Part shown: positions 8,647 to 18,423 of the stretch, piece by piece
How the letters are laid out: each line of letters starts with the position of its first letter
Position numbering within the stretch: the stretch's first letter is position 1
IMG/VR virus record: IMGVR_UViG_3300037467_001116
Length of the DNA: 42,602 nucleotides
Reading direction: 5' to 3' (one strand)
Source of the DNA: a virus
Notes under the pieces: model-generated
Databases searched by the model: none
What the model was told of the DNA's origin: nothing
What the model saw: the letters and a program-made list of their open reading frames with translations, nothing else
Translations under genes and position numbers: made by a program

Positions 8647-10040
8647 GACTGATTTTCGGGCCGCTGGAGCCCGATAAGCCCGACCACCTCCAAAAGGGCT
8701 TGCAGGAAGCGGATAACGTCTATCCGTCGCCTGACGGCTATCGCCCGATCAAGGCATTTGACGTAATGACCGATGCGCTGCCGGCCCTGTTCCAGGGCGG
8801 CGCGGCGTTCACCGGCTCGGACGGCACGGTGCAACTGCTGGCGGGGACGGCAACCGACCTCTATAGCTTCGACAACACGCTTTCGTGGTCTTCGATCCTC
8901 GGGTCTCTGACGGCTGGCCGGTGGTATTTCACGCAGTTCAACGATCATGCCATTGCGACCTATGGCGGGACGCCGGTTGACGTAAATATCCTGACCGGGA
9001 CCGGGGCCGATTTGGGTGGAAGCCCGCCCGACGCGGATTATTGCGCCACGGTGCGCGACTTCGTTGTGCTGGGCAAGGACAATACGATTACATGGTCCGG
9101 GTTCGAGGACCGCGCCGAATGGACGGCGGGAACCAATCAATCCGGCTCCAAGCCGATGCTGTCAGGCGGTAATATCACGGGGCTCGCCGGCGGTGAATAC
9201 GGGCTGATCTTCCAGCGGTCGCAAATCACCCGCATGTCCTATGTTGGTGTGCCTACGGTGTGGCAGTTCGACGTTATCTCGGCGAACATCGGCTGTTCCG
9301 CTGCTGGATCGATCGCCCAGGCGGGGCGACTGGTATTCTTCCTGTCCGATCGCGGGTTCATGATGACGGACGGCAACGACATCCAGCCCATTGGTGCTGA
9401 GCAGATCGACCGCACGTTCCTGGACACCTACACCCGTCAGGACATTGACGACTTCATGTATGCGACGATCGATCCGTTCAACACGATCGTCAAATGGGTG
9501 ATGCCGGGCAAGGCGTGGATCTTCAATTATCTGCTGAAGCAATGGTCCACGGAGACGTGGAACATCCGGGCCGCGCTCACGGCTTTTACCGCCGGGCTTA
9601 GCCTCGAGGATTTGGACGCGATTTACCCGGACATGGATGCCATGGGGCCGTCGCTCGACGATCCGATCTTCCAGGGTGGCGTTCCGATGCTTCTGGCGGT
9701 GAATGCCTCGAATGAGCTGGGGACGATGACCGGCGACAATATGGCGGCGACGTTCCTGTTGCCGAACATGGAGTTGGTCGAGGGCCGGGAGACACGCATT
9801 TCGCAAGTGCGGCCGATTACCGATGCCACGAGCGGCATTACGTTCGCGGTTACGTCACGCCGCAGGCTGGGGGATACGGGGACGACGCGCTCGTTCTCGA
9901 CCATGCAGGATTCGGGCGACATCGATTGCCGCATTTCGGGCCGGTATCTACGGGCTCGAGTGACAGTAGATGCCGGCGAGGACTGGTCATATATCCAGGG
10001 GATTGATGTACCGTTTGAAGCTGCTGGGGGTCGGCGTTGA
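8643..10040 (+). CDS. Putative tail tubular / nozzle-like structural protein
   Basis: 465 aa, called from position in the structural module. No specific motif recognised. Confidence 0.4.
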   Translation: MRLIFGPLEPDKPDHLQKGLQEADNVYPSPDGYRPIKAFDVMTDALPALFQGGAAFTGSDGTVQLLAGTATDLYSFDNTLSWSSILGSLTAGRWYFTQFNDHAIATYGGTPVDVNILTGTGADLGGSPPDADYCATVRDFVVLGKDNTITWSGFEDRAEWTAGTNQSGSKPMLSGGNITGLAGGEYGLIFQRSQITRMSYVGVPTVWQFDVISANIGCSAAGSIAQAGRLVFFLSDRGFMMTDGNDIQPIGAEQIDRTFLDTYTRQDIDDFMYATIDPFNTIVKWVMPGKAWIFNYLLKQWSTETWNIRAALTAFTAGLSLEDLDAIYPDMDAMGPSLDDPIFQGGVPMLLAVNASNELGTMTGDNMAATFLLPNMELVEGRETRISQVRPITDATSGITFAVTSRRRLGDTGTTRSFSTMQDSGDIDCRISGRYLRARVTVDAGEDWSYIQGIDVPFEAAGGRR

Positions 10041-10276
10041 GCCTGATCGTCCCGCCCACGGCCACATCGATGCCGGAATGGGTTCGACTTGTTGCCGCAT
10101 CATTGAACCGGCTGATTATCGGCAACCCGGTGCTGAAGTCCTACACGGTGGCAACGGTGCCTACGGGTGAGCCGGGGGAGATGATTTACGTTACCGACGA
10201 AAGCGGTGGTCCAACGCCGGCCTATAGCGACGGGACGGACTGGCGGCGGACCTCGGACGGAGCCGTCGTATCCTGA
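10037..10276 (+). CDS. Hypothetical structural-module protein
   Basis: 79-aa ORF, translationally coupled to the upstream gene. Confidence 0.5.
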   Translation: MSLIVPPTATSMPEWVRLVAASLNRLIIGNPVLKSYTVATVPTGEPGEMIYVTDESGGPTPAYSDGTDWRRTSDGAVVS

Positions 10277-10368
10277 TCGGGGTCGTTCCCGATCCACACA
10301 ACTGGCAATACTGGAACGAAGCTGAAGCCTTTTTAGAGCCCGCCAGAGCACGAGGCGGCTTTGAGGGC

Positions 10369-10668
10369 GTGTGGGAGCCTGACGAGCTGCTTTGGGCCTG
10401 TATGGACGGCCCTAGGCTGCTGGCGGTGGCAACGGCGTGGCTGAGTCCTGACGGATACGTGGAAGTGAAGCTTGTCGGCGGTCGGGACCACCGCCGCTGG
10501 CTCAGCGAATTGGACAGAAGGATTGGGGCGGCTGCGCGCGAAGCGGGGGCTACGCGGCTGGTCGCATTTGGGCGCGCGGGATGGACGAAAATCCTCCGCG
10601 CATATGGGTGGGAAGCGTTCAAGCTGGCGGACGGGTCAATGGCCTACTCGCGCCAGCTAGAGGAGTAG
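10369..10668 (+). CDS. Small GNAT-like (acetyltransferase-fold) protein; true start may lie upstream
   Basis: RRWLSELDRRIGAAAREAGATRLVAFGRAGWTKILRAYGWE resembles the C-terminal half of a GNAT fold. The frame is open from 10228, but the first canonical start is GTG 10369. Confidence 0.35.
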   Translation: MWEPDELLWACMDGPRLLAVATAWLSPDGYVEVKLVGGRDHRRWLSELDRRIGAAAREAGATRLVAFGRAGWTKILRAYGWEAFKLADGSMAYSRQLEE

Positions 10669-10671
10669 CGG

Positions 10672-11553
10672 GTGGGGAAGAAGAGCTCGAAGACCACGTC
10701 TTCGCCGTGGAAACCGGCGCAAGGCGACATCCTTGGCGCGATCGGCACCGTGCGGGATGTTGTCGGCAACAACCAGGGCAATTTGCAGAATATCGCCAGC
10801 GGCATTCAGGCGCAGCTCCCCGGCCTTGCCAACAAGGCGTTCGGGGACAGTCCGCTTCTCGATGCTGGGAACGCCTATGCGACCGACGTTCTCGGCGGAA
10901 AATATCTCAACGCCAACCCCTACCTCGATCAGATTGCGGCGCAGACGCGCGGCGACGTGGCCGATCAGGTCAATTCGCTGTTCGCCAAGTCCGGGGCATC
11001 GCTGGGAACGCAGCACGCGGGCGTCCTCACGAGCGAACTGGCAAAGGCGGAGAACAACCTTCGCTACGGCAATTACGCCCAAGAGCGGCAGAACCAGATG
11101 GCGGCGGCTGGGCTTATCCCGTCGATGTATAGCTCACAGTTCGCTGGCGTCGCGCCGTATGTGGGCGCGGCCACTGCGGCGGGGACGCTGCCTTATGCCG
11201 GGATCGGGGCGCTGTCTCCCATTATCGGGCTCGCCAACGGTTCGGGCCAACAGAAAGTGCCAGGCGGCTGGGGCAACGACCTGCTCAACGCTGCCGCCTC
11301 GATCGGATCGGGTGCGATCATGGCGTCCGATCCGCGCCTCAAGACGAACATCGAATACATCGGGCCGTGGGACGCGAAGGGCGACGGCCTGCAAAAAGCG
11401 CGCTGGAACTGGAAGGCCGATCCCAACGGCAAAAAGTTCGAGGGCGTGCTTTCGACCGACGTTCGCCGACTTCGCCCGTGGGCATTGGTCGAGAACTTCC
11501 GTGGCGACGGCATGCACGGTGTGAACTACGCCAAGCTTTCAGAGGCGGCATAA
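10672..11553 (+). CDS. Virion/tail protein with C-terminal S74-type intramolecular chaperone domain
   Basis: C-terminal SDPRLKTNIEYIG...GVNYAKL matches the hallmark of the auto-cleaving peptidase S74 (endosialidase chaperone) domain. Confidence 0.6.
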   Translation: MGKKSSKTTSSPWKPAQGDILGAIGTVRDVVGNNQGNLQNIASGIQAQLPGLANKAFGDSPLLDAGNAYATDVLGGKYLNANPYLDQIAAQTRGDVADQVNSLFAKSGASLGTQHAGVLTSELAKAENNLRYGNYAQERQNQMAAAGLIPSMYSSQFAGVAPYVGAATAAGTLPYAGIGALSPIIGLANGSGQQKVPGGWGNDLLNAAASIGSGAIMASDPRLKTNIEYIGPWDAKGDGLQKARWNWKADPNGKKFEGVLSTDVRRLRPWALVENFRGDGMHGVNYAKLSEAA

Positions 11554-12083
11554 TGGACGAAGCTCTCAACATCGCACCACCCTATGCCCAGATGCAATCG
11601 CCGGGCGTGGACCTTCCCGGAATGGCTAAGCCCAAAGGCGGCATGTTTGGCGGAGGCTTTGGCCTGAAGCAGGCGCTTGCATTCGGTCTCGCTGGTCTCG
11701 TAGCGCGGCGAAACCCTATGCTGCTGCAAGGGCTGCTCGGCATGATGGCGCAGAAGCAGCAGATGGCCCAGCGGGAACAGGAATACCAGCAGCACCGCAA
11801 TGACGACTTCGCCGATTGGCAGAAGCAATACGATTATTCGGTTGCGCACCCCAAACCGGTCAACAACGACACGGCGGCGGATTACGATTACATTGCGAGC
11901 AAGCTGGGCTCGGAAGCTGCACTTCAGTTCCTGAAGACGAAGACCGATCCGGTTGTGAACACGCAGACAGGCCCGGTGCTTTACTCGAACGTGTCGCGGG
12001 CACAGCAAGGCCCGCTGACCGACGCAGACATTGATCGGTTGACTGGAGGTGCGGGGTCGCCAGCCCCGCGTCCTTTTCGTTGA
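11553..12083 (+). CDS. Hypothetical virion protein
   Basis: Internal ATG ([10 protein letters not shown]) with TAATG overlap to the upstream stop, 176 aa. G/M-rich hydrophobic N-terminus. Confidence 0.5.
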   Translation: MDEALNIAPPYAQMQSPGVDLPGMAKPKGGMFGGGFGLKQALAFGLAGLVARRNPMLLQGLLGMMAQKQQMAQREQEYQQHRNDDFADWQKQYDYSVAHPKPVNNDTAADYDYIASKLGSEAALQFLKTKTDPVVNTQTGPVLYSNVSRAQQGPLTDADIDRLTGGAGSPAPRPFR

Positions 12084-12378
12084 CACGACCAAGCCGTATT
12101 ACGTTTCGCCGACCGACTTTCCGGACCCGATGAAGGCGCCCGGGCGCATGACTTCCGGTCGGCGCACCATTGAAGGGAACCGTCTCGTTGGCGGAGTCAA
12201 AAACTCGCACCATTTGACGGGCGATGCCGCCGACTATGTCGGCGCTTCGATGGGCCAGCTTCAGGGCTATTTCGGCCCCAACGCCCGTTACCTCAACGAG
12301 GGCGATCACATTCACGTTACGCTGCCCGGTTATGGCCGGGTTCCGTATTTCGGCCGCAACGGCACGAGGGGACTTTAG
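12049..12378 (+). CDS. Peptidase M15-like (zinc D-Ala-D-Ala carboxypeptidase fold) cell-wall hydrolase
   Basis: [11 protein letters not shown] and GDHIHV match the metal-binding SxHxxGxAxD and HxH motifs of M15 peptidases. Start uncertain (GTG 12049 or ATG 12130). Confidence 0.55.
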   Translation: MRGRQPRVLFVDTTKPYYVSPTDFPDPMKAPGRMTSGRRTIEGNRLVGGVKNSHHLTGDAADYVGASMGQLQGYFGPNARYLNEGDHIHVTLPGYGRVPYFGRNGTRGL

Positions 12379-15300
12379 TGGCGCAATATAAAGACGGTGA
12401 CAGCCGTGTTATCAATGGCGTTACCTACACCCGCCAGAATGGGCAATGGCTCCCGCCGGCGAGTCCCTTCGCCAGCCCCAAGCTTCCGGGTGAACTGACC
12501 GGTCAGCAGCTCAACAACGCTGGGCAGGGCATCCACAACCGCAAGGACGAGGCCACCCTTCCCTATGACATTCGCTCCGCCCGAGCTCAGGCCGAAAAGG
12601 CGGAGATCGATGCAAAAACCGCCAAAGAACAGTATGACGCGCAGCATCCATCGGCGGACAAGACCGGCCTCTATGGTGCTGACTATCTAAAGACGCTTTC
12701 TGCCTCCGACCAAAACATGGTGAAGGCGCTGTCCGAAGGGCGATTGGCATTTCCGCAGGGCGCCGCGCTGCGCTCGCCGTTTTGGCAGGAAAAGCTTAGC
12801 CAGGTAGCCCAGTTCGATCCGACCTTCGACGCGACCAACTTCAACGCTCGCGCCAAGGGGCGAGCGAATGCGATTGCCGGCAAGCTCGGACAGTCCAACA
12901 ACGCTTTGAACACGGCTTTGGGCCACCTTCAGACGCTTTCCGATCAGATCGACGGCACCGCCTCGCATGGCGGCTTTCCGTTTGCCACGACCGTCAACCA
13001 TATTCAGAACGCCTATGCCCGCGGCCATGGCGATGCGGGCATTACCAATTTCACCGATACCGCGTCCAAACTAGCCGACGAGCTGGAGGCTGTTTATCGC
13101 AACGGTGGTGGCGCCGAGCAGGGCGTGGTGCGCCAGCTCCGCAATCTCGATCCTGATATGTCGCGAGATCAGAAGGTCGGGGTTATCCACAACGCGATGG
13201 ACTTGCTGGCCTCGAAGATGGCGGCCAATCTTTCGCAATATGACTTCGGCACTGGCGGTAAGCCCGCTTGGGATATGCTCGATCCGCACGCCAAGCAGAT
13301 CTTCGAGAAGAATGCTCCAGACATCCGTGACAAGTATTTCGCGCTCGCCCCAACAGCCCAATCTAACAATCCGCCTCCGGGGCCAGGTTTTGTTCCGCCA
13401 CCTACTGGGGCGAACAACAATCTCCGATCATCGGTCGATGGCTTCAGCGATAAGCCCGACCAGGAGAGCGCTGATTTTTGGGACCGCGCGCTACACAACG
13501 GTGTGCCGTATCGCACAGCGCTGAAACAGTGGCAAAGCGACATCAAGTTTCGCGGACTGTCGCAAGTAGAGCCCCCCGATCCCGCTGCCTACCACAAGGC
13601 AGCTTCCTACATCAGCAAATATCCCAACATCGAATATCACCCGTTTCAGAGCGTGACTAGGACGCCGATCGACGGCCTTTGGGATCAGGGCGCGCACTTC
13701 GTCGCCTCAAGCGGGCCAGGGGCCGGCGCGGGCCACTTCCTGAACGCGGCCACGGGCGGGCTGCCGGAGCGCGCAGCGGGGGACCAAGGGGCGTATTTCG
13801 ATGCTGTCAGTCGCCAAGAGCATCTCGGATTCTCGACTGCGGGCGATATTGGCGGGACGGTTTACGGTGCCTATCGCCTGAACAAGGGGCTGGGGCCCGT
13901 GTTGGGCAAACTGCCGGGGGCGGCGGGCCGCGTGTTCACGGCGGCTAAGGTCGCTGATAATCCGGCCCTTGCTGAGGCTGCGCCAGCAATCGCATCAAGC
14001 CGCCAGGCGCTTGCCACCGACACCCTGTTCGGCGGACTATCCGGCTCGATTCAAAATCCGGACCATCCGATTGAAGGTGCGGGCCTTGGTGCGCTGGCGA
14101 TGGGCGGCGGAAATCTGGCGGGGCGTTATACGCTCGGCCCAGCGCTGGGCTATTTGGGAGAGACGGGGCCAGGGAAAATAGCGGTCAATGCGGCCCGCAA
14201 GGGTGGCGCGAAGCTGCGCGGCATGTTTGGCGGCTCGGGTTCGTCAACGCCATTCAATCCTCCGGCCCCGCTCAATCCCGGCGAGAGCATGATTTTAAAC
14301 CAGGCCGGAAGATCTGGACTTAACGACCTTCACGCGAACCTGCGAGACGCCGGCGAGCTCAATCTACCCTACTCGTTGGCCGATGCAGATACGCGTCTGC
14401 GCATGCTCGCGGGTAGCGCCGCAAGAAAGAGTCCAAACGTCCGCAAATTCGCGGAAGACGTGCTTGGTCCGCGCCAGATGGGCCAGGCGGAGCGCGCCGT
14501 AAGCCTTATCGACTCCCAACTCGCTCCCGTTGGTGACGTGCCGACGATCAAGGCCCAAGCTCTGTCGCGGGCGAGGGACGCCAGCGCTCCGCTCTATGCG
14601 AAGGCGAAAAGCCGGGCTCCGGCCAATCTTGCCAATGAGCCAAGCCTGTCCGAAGTCCTGGCCCGTCCATCGGCGGAACGCGGTCTGCGTAAGGGCTACC
14701 AGATCGCAATGGACGAAGGCTCCAATCCCGCCGAATTGTCCTTCGCCACTGGTCCCAATGGCGAGACGATCCTTAACGGCAATCCCTCATGGCAGACGCT
14801 TCATTATGTTCGGCGTGGTCTGGATGAAGAAATTGCCAGCGCGGTCGATCCCGTTACCGGCAAGGTGAAGCCCGGCATGACCGACAGTCAGGGCGCGATG
14901 ATAAAGCTGCGCTCAGACTTGGACCGGGAAATCGGACGGATCAATCCAGCTTTCAAGGCAGCCGACGCCCGCTATGCGGACTTTGCTGGGCAGGGAGCTG
15001 CGGCGGAGCGCGGAGCGGCCGCTACGGGCATTCGCGTAACGCCGGAGCAAACGCAAAGCGCGTTAAACGCGAACTTCTCCGATCTTCCCTATTTCCGGAA
15101 GGGCTACGCTTCTTCAATGGCGGACGCCGTGGATCGGACTCGCCTTTCAGCCGATCCTTACGATGTGGTCTATGGATCGCCCGCACAGCAGCAGAAGCTT
15201 GGGATCGTTTTCCCGAAGGGGGCGGAACGATTCAGCCGAGCCCGCAAGCTAGAGCGGGATATGTCGAAAACCCACTATGAGGTGCTTGGCGGCTCTCCCA

Positions 15301-15626
15301 CGGCCTCGCGAATGGAGGCGGATAAGCTGTTTGAGGGGCCGGGGGCCGCCGTAACCGATTTGGCGTTTTCGGCGGCTACCGGGGCACCCAGCCCGACGCT
15401 CGTTGCGCGTGGACTTAGGGGGGTGAACGATTGGTGGCAGCTTGGTCGCGGAGCGAAGCGAGCTGACGAGATCGGTAATCTTCTCCTCGATACGGACCCG
15501 CGTGTGGCAAATGCGACGTTGCGCTACCTCGAATGGGCCAATGCCCAGCGCAAGGGGTATGTCCAGAATGCCCGCGCACTAGGCGGAATGTTTGGCGCCC
15601 CTATCGCTTACGGCGCGACCCGTTGA
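12378..15626 (+). CDS. Large internal virion / ejection protein (putative)
   Basis: 1082 aa, the largest gene. Lies adjacent to the peptidase gene. G/A-rich central region. Confidence 0.5.
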   Translation: MAQYKDGDSRVINGVTYTRQNGQWLPPASPFASPKLPGELTGQQLNNAGQGIHNRKDEATLPYDIRSARAQAEKAEIDAKTAKEQYDAQHPSADKTGLYGADYLKTLSASDQNMVKALSEGRLAFPQGAALRSPFWQEKLSQVAQFDPTFDATNFNARAKGRANAIAGKLGQSNNALNTALGHLQTLSDQIDGTASHGGFPFATTVNHIQNAYARGHGDAGITNFTDTASKLADELEAVYRNGGGAEQGVVRQLRNLDPDMSRDQKVGVIHNAMDLLASKMAANLSQYDFGTGGKPAWDMLDPHAKQIFEKNAPDIRDKYFALAPTAQSNNPPPGPGFVPPPTGANNNLRSSVDGFSDKPDQESADFWDRALHNGVPYRTALKQWQSDIKFRGLSQVEPPDPAAYHKAASYISKYPNIEYHPFQSVTRTPIDGLWDQGAHFVASSGPGAGAGHFLNAATGGLPERAAGDQGAYFDAVSRQEHLGFSTAGDIGGTVYGAYRLNKGLGPVLGKLPGAAGRVFTAAKVADNPALAEAAPAIASSRQALATDTLFGGLSGSIQNPDHPIEGAGLGALAMGGGNLAGRYTLGPALGYLGETGPGKIAVNAARKGGAKLRGMFGGSGSSTPFNPPAPLNPGESMILNQAGRSGLNDLHANLRDAGELNLPYSLADADTRLRMLAGSAARKSPNVRKFAEDVLGPRQMGQAERAVSLIDSQLAPVGDVPTIKAQALSRARDASAPLYAKAKSRAPANLANEPSLSEVLARPSAERGLRKGYQIAMDEGSNPAELSFATGPNGETILNGNPSWQTLHYVRRGLDEEIASAVDPVTGKVKPGMTDSQGAMIKLRSDLDREIGRINPAFKAADARYADFAGQGAAAERGAAATGIRVTPEQTQSALNANFSDLPYFRKGYASSMADAVDRTRLSADPYDVVYGSPAQQQKLGIVFPKGAERFSRARKLERDMSKTHYEVLGGSPTASRMEADKLFEGPGAAVTDLAFSAATGAPSPTLVARGLRGVNDWWQLGRGAKRADEIGNLLLDTDPRVANATLRYLEWANAQRKGYVQNARALGGMFGAPIAYGATR

Positions 15627-15741
15627 ACTGAAGATAGCGGATAGTCCCGAGGATCATTCCCGAGACGAACAAAGTCCAGAAGCCCTGCATCGGGCATGAA
15701 TAGCAAAAACCACTGAAAAATCAAACGAAACGGGAGAGTCT

Positions 15742-16404
15742 GTGGCGATCAGCGACTATAGCGCCACGGCCGCATCAAACGCGACCGTGCTGGGCATCAA
15801 TATTGGCGAAGGATGCGCTCCAGGCAACGTCAATAATGCCATCCGCCAACTATGCGCCGACATCGCGGCGGGCATCAACTTCGACCTGTTGGCGTCGTTC
15901 CTGTCCTCGACCACGCTAGACCAAGCGCGCGATGCCCTTGGCGTGCAGGAGACCAACCCGGAAGGATTGAACCCCGCCGGCTCGATCATCTGCTACGCTG
16001 GTGCAACGGCTCCCACCGGCTATCTCGAATGCGACGGCTCGGCAGTCTCGCGCTCGACCTATGCCACCCTGTTCGCGGCGATCGGCTCGACCTACGGCGC
16101 TGGCAACGGCTCGACCACCTTCAACCTGCCCGACCTTCGCGGCGAGTTCGTCCGGGGCTGGGATCACGGGCGCGGGGTGGACAGTGGGCGCGTTCGCGGT
16201 TCGGCCCAGTCGGCTGATGTAGCGGCGCACAGCCACGGCCTTCGGGTTTACGACCGCGCGGACACGGACTCGCTCGGCTCGGGTGGTGGTGGTGATAACA
16301 CCGTCTCGACCGGCTCCAGCTATGTCAACGGCTACATCGAGAGCGTTGGCGGCACTGAGACCCGCCCGCGCAACATCGCCATGATGATGTGCATCAAGAC
16401 GTGA
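15742..16404 (+). CDS. Tail fibre protein with phage tail-collar domain
   Basis: APTGYLECDGSAVSRSTYATLFAAIGSTYGAGNGSTTFNLPDLRGEFVRGWD is the classic tail-collar fibre motif. GTG start preceded by GGGAGAG. Confidence 0.7.
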   Translation: MAISDYSATAASNATVLGINIGEGCAPGNVNNAIRQLCADIAAGINFDLLASFLSSTTLDQARDALGVQETNPEGLNPAGSIICYAGATAPTGYLECDGSAVSRSTYATLFAAIGSTYGAGNGSTTFNLPDLRGEFVRGWDHGRGVDSGRVRGSAQSADVAAHSHGLRVYDRADTDSLGSGGGGDNTVSTGSSYVNGYIESVGGTETRPRNIAMMMCIKT

Positions 16405-16643
16405 GCGAGGTTCGCGACCAGGCGGCGCATTTCCTCGCCGCCGCCGTCATTCTGCTGCCGTTCGCCTTCCTGCCGCACTTCATTGCCGGCGCTTGGGCCG
16501 GGTTCGGGCTCGGCCTCGTGCGCGAGATTACCGAAGAGAGCGAGATCAGCCTTCACGCGCTCAAGCACTGCTTCACCGGCCCCAATTCGCGGCGCGACAT
16601 CCTGTTCTGGACCCTTGGCGGTCTCTTCGCGGGGATCTTATGA
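16401..16643 (+). CDS. Small multi-pass membrane protein inside the fibre cluster
   Basis: GTGA overlap upstream and ATGA overlap downstream. About three hydrophobic segments. Confidence 0.4.
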   Translation: MSEVRDQAAHFLAAAVILLPFAFLPHFIAGAWAGFGLGLVREITEESEISLHALKHCFTGPNSRRDILFWTLGGLFAGIL

Positions 16644-17683
16644 AAAAGCATACCGATTACGTGATTGACCGCGAAGGCAATGCCGTAGCGGGGGCGGAGG
16701 TGTATGTCCGTAAGCAGTCGGACAATACGCTCGCCACGCTCTATTCGGACAATGGCGTTACTCCGCTCGGCAACCCGGTCTCGACCGATAATGACGGCGA
16801 GTTCTCATTCTACGCCGGGGACAACACCTATAAGCTCCAGGTCTATATCGAGGGCGTTCAGCAGCAGGAAGTAACCAACTTCCAGCATTTCGATGATGAG
16901 GACGCGGAGATCGCGGCGCTGCGGTCGGTTACGTCGGCGGCCGACAAGCTGTTCTACTTCACCGGCTCGGGGACAGGCGCTGTAACGGACTTCAGCTCGT
17001 TCGGTCGCTCGCTGGTGGATGATGCCGACGCCGCAAGCGTGCGGACCACCATTGGCGCGACGACGGTTGGCGGCAACTTCTTCACCCTCACGAATCCGAG
17101 TGCGATTACCTTTCCCCGGATCAATGCCGACAACAGCGTTAGCGCATTGAGCGCGTCGGCGTTCCGAACCGCTATTGGAGCGGGCACGGGCGGCGGCGAT
17201 CTTCAGGCCGCGAACAATCTGTCGGACCTGGCGAATGCTGGAACAGCGCGGACTAACCTTGGGCTAGGCTCGATTGCTGTTGAGGCCGAAGCGACCGCCG
17301 CGCAAATTCAGGCGGGAACGGCCAGCAAGGCGGTGGCCGCAGACAAGTTACAAGCCGCAGCTGCCCCGCAAACGCTCACGGACGGCGCGACGATCAACTG
17401 GGATATGTCGGCGGGCTTCAACGCCAAGGTTACGCTCGGCGGCAACCGGACGCTTGCCACCCCAACTAATCCCTTTGTCGGGCAAACCTACACCCTGGCG
17501 GTGATTCAGGACGGCACCGGCTCGCGCACGATGACTTGGCCCTCGGGTTTCGATTGGGGAACGACCGGAGCGCCGACGCTAACCACAACCGCAAGCAAGG
17601 TGGATCTCATCACACTTGTCTGTTCGGACGCGGCAACGCCGAAGTTTCGCGCATTTCTGAGTGGCAAGGGCTTCGCGAGCTAA
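16640..17683 (+). CDS. Tail fibre protein
   Basis: Internal ATG (MKKHTDYV), 347 aa. Fibre-like motifs (ARTNLGLGS, A/G/T-rich repeats). Confidence 0.6.
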   Translation: MKKHTDYVIDREGNAVAGAEVYVRKQSDNTLATLYSDNGVTPLGNPVSTDNDGEFSFYAGDNTYKLQVYIEGVQQQEVTNFQHFDDEDAEIAALRSVTSAADKLFYFTGSGTGAVTDFSSFGRSLVDDADAASVRTTIGATTVGGNFFTLTNPSAITFPRINADNSVSALSASAFRTAIGAGTGGGDLQAANNLSDLANAGTARTNLGLGSIAVEAEATAAQIQAGTASKAVAADKLQAAAAPQTLTDGATINWDMSAGFNAKVTLGGNRTLATPTNPFVGQTYTLAVIQDGTGSRTMTWPSGFDWGTTGAPTLTTTASKVDLITLVCSDAATPKFRAFLSGKGFAS

Positions 17684-18423
17684 TGCTGCCTTTCCCCAGT
17701 CCTCTTCTCAGCGTCGTTGTCGCTGGCAGTGGCGCATTTAATCCGACAACGCTTTTTAGCGGAGGGGTCGCTGGCGGATGGTGGGACCCGTCCGACCTTT
17801 CCACTCTTTGGAAGGACACCGCCGGAACATCTGCCGTCACTTCGGACGGCGACGCCGTAGCCCGCATTGATGACAAGAGCGGGAACGGCAACAATCTTCT
17901 TCAGGCAACTCTTGCGAACCGGCCACTCTACAAAACCAGCGGTGGTCTTTCTTGGCTATTGTTTGATGGCTCGAATGACTACGTCCGAGCGACCTTTGCG
18001 ATGGGAACGACATGGGATCGTGTCATGGCCTGGCGCGATGTTTCCAGCGCATTCCCAAGACAATTCTTCGGCGGCGTGTCGGCCAATGAGTGTCTTTATG
18101 ACGGCGGCGCCGGCTCGTTCATCATGTTTAACGGGTCGGCTAACGGCCCGACCATGACCTCGACCACGTCCGATGTTGTTTCGACGGAGCGATGGGCCAA
18201 TCCGGCACCATGCCAAATAGCTGCCGACAACGGTTCCTACACCTCATCGCCGTCCATCGCGGCCGTCAATCCGGGCGGACTAACCGTGGCGGCAAGCAGC
18301 TCTGCCGGCGACTTCACTGGGATCCGCTGGTATGGCGGCGTGATGATCAACAAGGCGCTGACTGGGACGGAAATCTCCGGGTGCCGGACATTCTTCGGCG
18401 CGAAGCAGGGCCGTGTCCTTTAG
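17683..18423 (+). CDS. Tail-associated protein, LamG/lectin-like (putative)
   Basis: Internal ATG (MLPFPSPLL) with TAATG overlap, 246 aa. GNGNNLLQATLANRPLY...LLFDGSNDYV resembles the LamG-type domain found in phage fibre proteins. Confidence 0.5.
   Translation: MLPFPSPLLSVVVAGSGAFNPTTLFSGGVAGGWWDPSDLSTLWKDTAGTSAVTSDGDAVARIDDKSGNGNNLLQATLANRPLYKTSGGLSWLLFDGSNDYVRATFAMGTTWDRVMAWRDVSSAFPRQFFGGVSANECLYDGGAGSFIMFNGSANGPTMTSTTSDVVSTERWANPAPCQIAADNGSYTSSPSIAAVNPGGLTVAASSSAGDFTGIRWYGGVMINKALTGTEISGCRTFFGAKQGRVL

Noticed and set aside
10228-10368. Programmed -1 frameshift fusing 10037..10276 to the GNAT-like frame
   Set aside because: No slippery heptamer or downstream structure was seen near the stop. 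The upstream protein looks complete. Non-canonical reinitiation or a mutated start is more plausible.
13183-13191. DnaA-box-like sequences (TTATCCACA at 13183; GATCCACA at 10291; TGTGGATC at 19975) as a possible origin
   Set aside because: They are single, scattered occurrences inside unrelated coding regions, and none lies near the replication module. This is consistent with chance.
15742-18423. Diversity-generating retroelement acting on the tail fibres
   Set aside because: I saw no reverse transcriptase gene anywhere in the window and no template/variable repeat pair near the fibre gene 3' ends.
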